In this document: one piece after another, positions 54,546 to 64,000 of the stretch
How the letters are laid out: each line of letters opens with the position of its first letter
Position numbering within the stretch: position 1 is the stretch's first letter
Assembly: GCF_964204645.1 (NCBI RefSeq)
Contig: NC_134025.1
Location: forward strand, 10,726,001 to 10,790,000
Source: Tubulanus polymorphus
Lineage: Eukaryota > Animalia > Nemertea
Direction: 5' to 3'
DNA length: 64,000 bases
Translations under genes and position numbers: made by a program
The notes under the pieces: model-generated
The model's database searches: none
What the model saw: the letters and a program-made list of their open reading frames with translations, nothing else
What the model was told of the DNA's origin: nothing

Positions 54546-56149
54546 ATGAATGGTACTATTTTTGACAGCGTTTGTCGCCTCTCGCCTAGTGGTGTGATAT
54601 GCCTGATCCCGGTGATGATAAATCACTATATCCCGGTGGTGAATATTTTTGTCACTGGGATAGTGGATTTTTCACACCCGTGTCAACTCTATCACACTAT
54701 CCAAAGCACTTTCTGCAGAGTTGCAAGTGAAGGTTGCTCTCCGATATTAAGTAAATGGAGTGTTATTTGGAAGCACTGTTTGTATTGATGTATCGTTCGT
54801 GTTGAGTCCCATTGATAGGAATTGTTCTGTGAAAATTCAGAATTACAAAGGAGTTGATAATTCATGTATGGATATTTTACATGTATTCATAAAATAAGAA
54901 ATAGCATTTGGGGTGAAATCCGTTTCAATCGATTTACCACAGATCTAGAAGCTGATGCTGAGGCTGCTGTTACCCTTCGAGCTATTTTCGATATATTTGC
55001 TGTACATGGAATTAGATTCCGTCATAGATTACGCATTAAAATTATTGATATTCTTATTTTGAGATTTTGGAAAATCTCAAGATCTTTTAGAAAAAATTAA
55101 TGCACATATTCTTATATGATTGACATAAAAAAGCGAACATATCCATGATATATAACACATTTCTAGATTAATGAATATTAACAAATGAATGCACAGAGTT
55201 TACATATTGAATGCACAGTTCAGATAAAGCATATTTCTAGGTATAATAATAGGTATGATAATTAAAAACAAAAGTTTTCGACGAGTTAGTTAGCTGTAAT
55301 CCATTACATCAAAGCAACAATTCAATGAATAGTTTTTCACTTTTTATTCACTTGTTTCTTAAAATCGGTGAATCAATGTATCCTTCTTGCATAATTTCCT
55401 CTGGCATTTTTACATCCCTGGCATTTTTATCTCTGGCATTTTTACTTCTGGCATTATTACCTATGACATTTTTACCTCTGGCATTATTACCGCGTACCTT
55501 ACGCATCATTCCTTGTATCTTAGCCTACATGTCTCCATGCTTTCATACCCAACTTTAGTTGGTAGGCATGAAAAACATTGTCAAACTTTCAAATCATAGA
55601 GTCACTTTTCTCTAATGAACCCCGTTCATAGCAGATTTTTTGGATATCCTTCAATACAGTGTAGGAATGGATTAAAAAACAATTTTTTTGGTCAACTGTC
55701 AGAGCTTTCTGGTCCTAATTAGACTTCTACCAGGTATGTACCACCAAAACTGACTGAACTACTGGCTATCTGATATGCTCTCAAATCAAGAAATAGACAT
55801 TACGTTTAATTCACAGGCCCCTACCTGCTTTTCGAAGGACCAGCCGCTTGGATTTTATTTTCAAATTCTCAGCACACAGCATAACTCAGAGGGAATATAT
55901 ATTCGTGTTATTCACGAGAATTGCAATAACACGATATATATTTACATACATATATCTAAACTCTGAATTTTCACACGCACAACTGTCTCCGATCAATATG
56001 TCATGAACGTTACGATATTGGCCTACACAATAATTTTCTTCCTACGCAGAATAATTCATATTTGGAAATGTTATTTGACAAATGCACAGAGTATCCATCC
56101 ACCTACTGGCATCACGCACTCGCATAGAAATTAAGTACCGGGTAGCAGT

Positions 56150-57130
56150 ATGTTGAACGCCACCATTATCAAAAAATGCTTCCCTCACGATCGCGTAGTT
56201 TGGAATCTCGTTGCAACGACGGTGATAGGGCCGATCGCGTGGTTTGGCCTTATTTCGAACTCGGTTACTATAAAGGTGCTATATCGACTTCATAAAATGA
56301 ATAATTCTGCGTCTTCGAATTTTACCTTATTGTTACTGGCTTTTTTTGACTCATTCTGTTGCATCGCAATTATAATGTATAATCATTTAACGTGGGTTTT
56401 GAAACTTATTCGCCATGGAAAGATTGCAATTTATTTAGACGGTGGTTTGGGAGCTCCTGAGATTTATATGGCGGGTAACATCATCTCAAAATGGGGTTCT
56501 GATATTCGCAATAGTTTAACCTTATTGGTAACGTTCGATCGAGCAATCCACATTTGTTTTCCGCTAAAAGCTAAGCGATATTGGAATCTGAAACATTGTT
56601 ATCTATTCTCAGCCTTTTGGATTCTCACATGGAGTGGGGTTACTCTATATCGAACACAAGACCGAATTATAGTGTACGTAAAAATACTGTGCTCATATGG
56701 CCTCACTGTCCTCGATATGAAAACAGTTCATAGTCCGCATAGATATTCGTATTTACTAGCAAGTATTTTCGCGACGCATTTGCCATTCGCTCTTGTTCCA
56801 ATACTGAATACGATCATGATAATTAAACTAGGTATTCATGCTAAGAACAGGCGACAAATGACACTTGCCGACGCGAAACGCAATGTACAAGATGGAACCG
56901 CGCACAGAATGGTGTTCGTCGCATCCACTTTATTCATGGTATCAGTTACCCCTGATATCCTGTTCAATGTTTTAAGACTTCATTTCCCTTGGTCTGTGAC
57001 CTGGACGATATTACTAACAAATGATGTTTTCCAAGCACTGAATTCATCTGTAAACGGTATATTCTATTTTGTGTTCAGTAGAAATTTTAGAGAACAAGTG
57101 AAATTGTTATCATGCTCTCGAAGAACGTAG
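56150..57130 (+). CDS. Intronless class A (rhodopsin-like) GPCR, FMRFamide/sex-peptide-receptor-related orphan, 326 aa
   Basis: Seven hydrophobic segments. TM1 GLISN, TM2 LAFFD, TM3 TFDRAIHICFPL, TM5 LPFALVPILN..II..L, TM6 F.VSVTP, TM7 NSSVNGIFY, helix 8 SRNFR. N-glycosylation sequon NAT at the N-terminus; AATAAA at ~57227. Confidence 0.88.
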   Translation: MLNATIIKKCFPHDRVVWNLVATTVIGPIAWFGLISNSVTIKVLYRLHKMNNSASSNFTLLLLAFFDSFCCIAIIMYNHLTWVLKLIRHGKIAIYLDGGLGAPEIYMAGNIISKWGSDIRNSLTLLVTFDRAIHICFPLKAKRYWNLKHCYLFSAFWILTWSGVTLYRTQDRIIVYVKILCSYGLTVLDMKTVHSPHRYSYLLASIFATHLPFALVPILNTIMIIKLGIHAKNRRQMTLADAKRNVQDGTAHRMVFVASTLFMVSVTPDILFNVLRLHFPWSVTWTILLTNDVFQALNSSVNGIFYFVFSRNFREQVKLLSCSRRT

Positions 57131-58230
57131 GAGGTTACTGTTCCTTCTTCTTTCCAAAACAACGGATTTCAATCGATTTTGAACAAGATTCAGTTTATGT
57201 TAGTAAAGACTACGATTGTAATATAAATAAAAGAAGCTCACGATATTTAGGGTATGCTTTTTCACAGAACTGAGTCATCATTGCATTCGAATTCGATTGA
57301 AATACAACTTAGTTTCCACTCCAACATATATCCGAAACGGCCGTTTTGGGTTTGAATCAGATAGACTTTAAATTAAGTCAACTTAAGCTCGAATTCAACA
57401 TTTTACCACTAAAACCGATGCCTGAAGTAGCCGGGCTTGACGCTTTCACTTTCAATGGCAAATATATCCGAATTACTAATAGCGCTGTAACGTGTGGTCG
57501 AATCGAGTGAGAACAAAATCTTAGGGAATGTCTCGAAGTTTAAATGGAATTCGGATTTGAATATACTTCAAACGCGTCCATCATTCATATCAAACAACTC
57601 AAACAGTTCAAAATACCTGAAGTCCATATCATGGACAGATAAAGGCGACTTTATCATAATTCATTGTGAAATAGCGGGCGGAAGAAAATGCAAATACGCG
57701 GTAAATATTTCAGGGTTTGGTAATGGCTACGTTCTTTGTAGTAAATTATTCATGGAGATTTGGTTGTCGAAGGGCTACATATGGAATACTATATTTCAAT
57801 ATAGAAGCCTATGTCGTAATACATTGACGGTGATTTAGTGCTCAGATTTCACATGGTTGTGGTTATTTGATCATTTATCGCCACAAACACGAGATAATGG
57901 GGCCGATCGTGATCGATTTTTTACGGACTATTCTTTTAAAAATCCACGAAAATTGGCCTCCCGGGTCTAAAAAGATTCAAAATTTTCTGGAACTTGGGGG
58001 AAAATGTTCATTAAGATCCGTAGTAACTGTAATGCATTATGTTACATCCCCTAGTATGTTCTGCGATTTTGACAAAGAATTCCATCTTTTTAATTACTCA
58101 TTACTAAGTTAGTGATGACTGTTTACAAATAAATCTGTAAGTGCCATGCCGTTTAAGGACTAGCCCCGTAACTGAAAAAAATGAAAAACGAATTTCAAAA
58201 ATTCAATAACTTCTATTTAAATCTGATGAG

Positions 58231-58994
58231 TATGGAATACCTCAAGGGCCATACGACTTACGAGTTACGTTTTACGACTTACGTTTTACGAGTTACTAAT
58301 ACATTTCCTACAATACGTTACGACTTACGTTTTACGACTTACGTTTCACGAATTACACGTTTTTCACTAATTGGCTTCGGATATCCGAAGCGCGCTAAAT
58401 TCAAAGAACGAGTAATTTATTGTACATAGCGAATCAATCTCGACTGCAGTGGGCTATTACAGGGCAGAAAATCTGCGCGTTGGCCATCTGATGTGCGAAC
58501 CTTCTCAAAATCTATTAAATGCTGACAATACATTTCACACTGACTGATGACTGTCCCGTTATGTGCACGATGATTTTAATAGACGATATTTCAATATGTA
58601 GATCTTAGCTGGAAATGATTTTAATAATTAGAACAAGATTCATCAATATAGAAAAAATGTATTTATTTTTTGAAAACACTGGGCCGCATACAGCCATCCA
58701 TCATCGTTACAGTTATTCGTCTAATAATTACACCCACACAGTGAAATGCCTACCACGTGGCCACTGTCCTTGAACTCTTGCGAACCGAAACTCCAACACT
58801 TAACTCGTAAATCGTAACTCGTAATTCGTTAAACTTATTTAAGTTGTAATTCGTAACTCATAAAACGGAAGTCGTAACGAATATTCAAGGAAATGTATAA
58901 GTAACTCGTAAAACGTAAATCGTAACTCGTAAAATGTAACTCGTAAGTCGTAAAACGTAACTCGTAAGTCGTATGGCCCTTGAGGTATTCCATA
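58231..58994. mobile_element. Non-autonomous DNA transposon, IS3EU-like
   Basis: TIR TATGGAATACCTCAAGGGCCATACGACTTACGAG and its reverse complement, subterminal 7 bp TTACGAG/TTACGTT arrays, and a 6 bp TSD GATGAG (58225-58230 and 58995-59000). Confidence 0.75.
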
Positions 58995-60798
58995 GATGAG
59001 ATATGATTTTTTGCATTTTTGACGACGTTAAATACGTAACTGTTACGCCCCGAATTGGCGGTTGCGGGGCCACCCAGCGTAGCAAAAATTCAAAAAACAA
59101 TCGGATCCACCCGCTCGTAATGAATGATTTGGCTTCCGTTTATATAATTTCTTAATCTTCTACTTCATATGAACTATTTTTCTTCTTTTCCTGGAGAGAA
59201 CGATGATTTCGGCGGCCCGCAAACAAATCATCGTGCCACCTTTGAAATCTTCAATTTATAATAGTTTGAATACGGGTGATTGCCACTTGGGTCGTGAAAT
59301 AACCAATAAAAAAGAGACCGGCAACCAGTCTATGATTGTCAATAAAGAAATATTTACTTTGATTTGGAATTAATGACGTCATAGACATCTGGGCGATGTG
59401 ATATAGCTTGTACCCCTCATATTCAAATTTTACAATTTTACAGTTTCCACAACTTTTACGGACAAGTCCCGAGTATGAGGTGTCACAAGGTATAAATATA
59501 TTGACTGTTTTTTCGAATTATTATCATTTTCTTTGTGCGATGATACTAAGTGGTATCTCCTCATTTAGGTCTATACGAGCCAAAATTTTTCAAGTGTGCT
59601 AGCCTAGCCGCCCGGTATTTTTAGGCGTCTCTTCGAATATTTCTCCATTTTATTTTTATCAATTCTTCACAAAGGCCATTAATGATATTACGCGAAGTGG
59701 ATATTCAACCGTATACGGCAAAGTATTTACTTCCGCTATTTTACCGTACATTATTACTATGTATTAACTAAGTAACAATAAAATCATTGATTATTGGGTT
59801 AGGGTTTCGATCATTTAGTTTCCTGATCGCTGGTGGTAAGCTTTTTATATGCTCAGGCTTTTTTTGACGCCGCCGTAGACGGACGACACCAGCTATCAAG
59901 GCAAGTGTGGAGGATAGAGTTAGAGAAAATAGAGCGGGTAGAACGAGACTCGAACCCGAGCGAGACAGTAAATTACTAGCGCAGCATCATACCATTTCAC
60001 TGAGAACCTTAGACGTGTCAGTGGTATATCGCTAATGCGACCCCTGACACTAAGTCGCGGAAGCCATATACGCGGTGATTTTAAATTCTTTTTAATTCAA
60101 CTCTAATTATATCATCACTACTCAGCTCTCATTCAAACGATTTCAAAAAATAAACCATCATTGCAAACCTCTGATCTTTCTTGTTCTTACTGTTGTGTTT
60201 ATTTAGTCATTTTGTCATCGCATTTTGTGTATGAAACGATTTTTCATGACTAGTCAAATATCCACGAGTCGCGCAGAGCGGTATCTATTGTTGTGTTGCT
60301 AAGATATTGATTTTTTCATGCGGGGAGTCTCGCGAGGAACCGTTTTTTAGTAAAACAAAAGCGGTACTAAAATATTTCTAGAGGCAATTTCCAGCCACTT
60401 GACCTTCAAATATATTCTTTGGAGTGTAAACAATGAAAGGATAACAACATAAGGTCAGTGTAGGTAGTTTATTTATTGAAATCGGATGAGTAGTTGCCGA
60501 GTACTGAGTGGTTAAAGTGCCGACTGAGCGCCAGTCGGCAATTTCGACGTAAAATAACGACTACGTGACTGGGTGGGTGGTTCACGCGAGCTCTTTAGTA
60601 TAGGCAGTATACGGAGCTCCGCGAAACCGGCCATTCTCAGGACTGGGTGAACATACCATAGACCACCGAGCTCGCTGAAAACCGTTCGAATGTTTTAACT
60701 ATCTATAGTACCTCACCTTACCCTAACTTATCCCTAGGGGTAAAACGGAACCCTCTGGACCTTCTTCTCACCCTCTCGACACTAACCCTATCGAAACC

Positions 60799-61223
60799 TA
60801 ATGTCTATTTCAACCTGACTTGAGAGCATTCTGGGTGGCCTAGCGCGCTCATTTTTGGTAGCACATACCTGATAAAGGTCTTAGTAGGACCAGAAAGGAC
60901 GGGCAGTCGACCTAAATCATAATTTTTTAATCCATTAGAAACTGTATTGAAGGCTATCCAAAAAGTCTTCACTGAAAGGGGGTAGGCATGGAAACATATT
61001 GTTAAACTTTCAAATCATGGAGTCTCTTTTCTCTCATGAACCCCTTTCAGTGAAGACTTTTTGGATATCCTTCAATACAGTTTCAAATGGATTAAAAAAT
61101 TTTGATTTAGGTCCACTGCCAGTCCTTTCTGGTCCTACTAAGACCTTTATCAGGTATGTACTACCAAAACTGAATGAGCTTGGCCACCTGGAATGCTCTC
61201 AAGTCAGGTTGAAATAGACATTA
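60799..61223. mobile_element. Fold-back MITE (TAATGTCTATTTCAACCTGAC TIR), copy 1
   Basis: Almost entirely palindromic with ~180 bp arms. Copy 2 at 62482-62982; a partial copy at ~55545-55802. Confidence 0.8.
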
Positions 61224-62481
61224 GTCAGTAACCTGTCAGTTTGCATGCAGTTATTTTTATATAATAGTGACCCAATGTAAAGCGTAATACTGTCACTGAT
61301 GCTTAACAGCCAATTAATTTTTTATACACAGTCTCGTGTTTTGGGGATTTCTTCATCTAAAAAGGTGGATTTTGTAAAGAAATTACCCAAACGTAACAAA
61401 TACGGTATACGGTACTTATACGGTACTTAATACAAATTTCATTTGGAGAGGGTTTAAGCTGACTCACTCGTATATATGAGAGGATTGAGTAATCAGTAGG
61501 GTACACGCACAACGAACATGCTACCTTCTCCATTGATGCTGAGAATTTAAGAAAGCTGGATATAATTTCTATCAAATTTCATGTTTCCCTTTTAATTCCA
61601 GCATCAGAACGAAGGATGGCAGTGGATGCAGTGTACATTGTGTCGATCGCTGCAACAAGGTTTGAATGTTTATCACAAGGCAAAAACTAGAAAAGTTGAA
61701 TGGCCATCTCAGAAAAATGATCAACGGCGACCCATCCAGGTATGCAGTGATTGCACAATTCAGCATTGAACCTTAAACCTTGTTTATTTCCTTCACAGAG
61801 AAAAAATGGAAACTACTATCCGCCACTGTTAGGACCTTTGAACTTTTATTTCAATGCTATATATACAAAATAACGAGATAAAACATTAACATGAATACAA
61901 GAGACCCAATGGCTTAGGTGGTGGTTTGACAATATTCAAAATCTTAGTCCATCCATCATTAGAAAAGTTATAACACAATATTAGATAAATCACTTCACTT
62001 CAACAAAGTTTGCTAATAATTTGGTCGTCGGATTAGACTCAAAAAATTTTAGGTCACGGGATACATGGTCCAGTTTCTCGGCAAGCTTCTCCAGTTTTTT
62101 TAGATTTAATGGCGAGGTAGGTACCTATACCGGCACCACCAGATGGTGCAACAAAACACTGGGTCATTCGTGGTGAAAATCAGTTCATTACAATTAAATT
62201 TGAACTTGATTTTTAGGCTTCCAGATATGAAAATGATATATTGGATCTGAAGATGCTGAAAATTGATATACTAATGAGAAAAATAGATGGGAATTTAATT
62301 GAAATTTAGAAGGAAATTGAAGCACGGTTACTCAGTAACACCACTAACTATCCTGGTGGATTATCGGTGAATCTTCGCTTCCCTCAGTTGTTGCCGGTAT
62401 CCCAATGCATTGTCTGTCATATCTACGTACGGACCAATAGGCCTCTGACCTTTTTAGTTGCTAATAAATTAGTTCATAGGG

Positions 62482-62982
62482 TAATGTCTATTTCAACCTG
62501 ACTTGAGAGCATTCTGGGTGGCCTAGCTCACTAATTTTTGGTAGTACATACCTGATAAAGGTCTTAATAGGACCAGAAAGGACAGGCAGTTGACCTAAAT
62601 CATCATTTTTTAATCCATTTGAAACTGTGTTGAAGGATATCCAAAAAGTCTTCACTGAAAGGGTTTAAATGAAGTGAAGTGACTCCATGATTTGAAAGTT
62701 TAACAATATGTTTCCATGCCTACATACCAAACTTCAGTTGGTAGGCATGGAGACATATTGTTAAACTTTCAAATCATGGAGTCTCTTTTCTCTCAGGAAC
62801 CCCTCTCAATGCATATTTTTTGGATATCCTTCAATACAGTTTCAAATGGATTAAAAAATGATGATTTAGGTCGACTGCCAATGCATTCTGGTCCTAATAA
62901 GACTTTTATCAGGTATGTACCACCAAAACTGACTGAGGTAGGCCACCCTGTATGCTCTCAAGTCAGGTTGAAATAGACATTA
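62482..62982. mobile_element. Fold-back MITE, copy 2
   Basis: ~240 bp inverted arms with the same TIR as 60799-61223. Confidence 0.8.
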
Positions 62983-64000
62983 GTTGATTGGCTAATTTGT
63001 TGATGTTTTGATGCAACCAACCAGTTAGCAACTGTATTTGTGTATCTGATTAAAGAAAGAAGGCTCGTCTTGTTTCAGGATGCTATGACGCCTTATACCA
63101 CACTAGATGACGCTTTTTCCTCCATTTTCAATTATATGTCCATGTCGTCCAGGCAATGCAAGGTATGTTTACAATGATGATACGGTAAATTTCCTTCTGT
63201 TGTGTAACTACAGTAAACGTGACATCAGACATCACCACATTGACAGCTCAAACGCAATGACAAATTTGATAGGTAGACAGTCTTTTAAATCCCTCACCAT
63301 GTACCCCAATGCGGATGCAATGCACTAAAAATTGGTATAATATACAATTGATACACCGCATCAAAGTGTACATACCGTGAAAGGGTTACCTATTATGGAT
63401 ATACCAATTGTTTTTTTCGGGTTTAGGTATTTTTAGTTAGGCCTAATATGATTTGAATTGCACATTAAGCCTATTTTACCTTTTTAGCGATTTTACAACA
63501 GTTGTTCCAGTTCGAATAAGAATCGCCACGACAACGTTCACTGCAACCGATTTCACTCGGAATCTTATCGAAGAATCAACGTACAGAATCCAGTAAGTGC
63601 AATCAATTAAATTGCAAAATTTATGGGTAAAGCCACATGCCGGACTGCACTTGCAGTTAATACAGTATTATTGTACTGTATATGTGACCGTAGTCCTATA
63701 CCTAGCTCAGGTCAACTTACAACCCCAACTAGATCATTTTAAGAACAGCTGAGCAGTAATACACACGCGACTGTTGATTGTCGATTCATTTTCCTCACGA
63801 TCTTAAGAGCACTCGGGTTGACTATGACTCGATCATCGCCAGAGTCTCGTGGTTTGTTGACTCGTCATTATTTTCTATAAGTCATGTGACGCAATGCTCA
63901 TCACTGATTGGCTACGACGATAGATCCGCCGTAGGAAATAGAACTTGTTCTATGCGTGCGATTTGGCTTAAGATCGATCCTCGATCACGTGCGAGTACAC

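Noticed and set aside
58223-58260. Other CTGATGA occurrences (e.g. 58223, 46661, 46897) as hammerheads
   Set aside because: No stem II followed by GAAA and a cleavage triplet.
59940-60003. tRNA-like sequence with a B-box (GGTTCGAGTC, minus); similar degenerate case at ~21320-21390
   Set aside because: No convincing cloverleaf; at most a decayed SINE head.

Overview
AT-rich eukaryotic (metazoan, most likely a marine invertebrate) genomic DNA with GT-AG spliceosomal introns; nothing prokaryotic or CRISPR-like. Exons assembled by hand give four complete in-frame genes: PRMT3 (minus, 1077-5496) head-to-head with HTATSF1/TAT-SF1 (plus, 7573-25060, with an 11.3 kb intron holding CpG-rich blocks), a vestigial/VGLL TEAD co-activator (32924-37906) and DNAJC8/SPF31 (40887-45358). 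These are followed by an uncharacterised multi-exon gene (minus, 49727-52145, 5' end unresolved), a 5'-truncated LINE and an intronless orphan class-A GPCR (56150-57130). Introns and intergenic DNA are dense with non-autonomous DNA transposons, some nested. Main points of interest: (1) two ~220 bp fold-back elements carrying minimal Penelope-type hammerhead ribozyme cores; (2) the HTATSF1-VGLL gene pair, also adjacent in human, with an enlarged enhancer-like intron (candidate ancient genomic regulatory block); (3) a dense cluster of TEAD/Scalloped sites in vestigial intron 1; (4) matching ATGGCGCTT uORFs at both ends of a bidirectional promoter; (5) 28-30 bp TIR-only mini-transposons with target-site duplications. 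All calls come from reading the sequence by eye; no database searches or folding programs were run.
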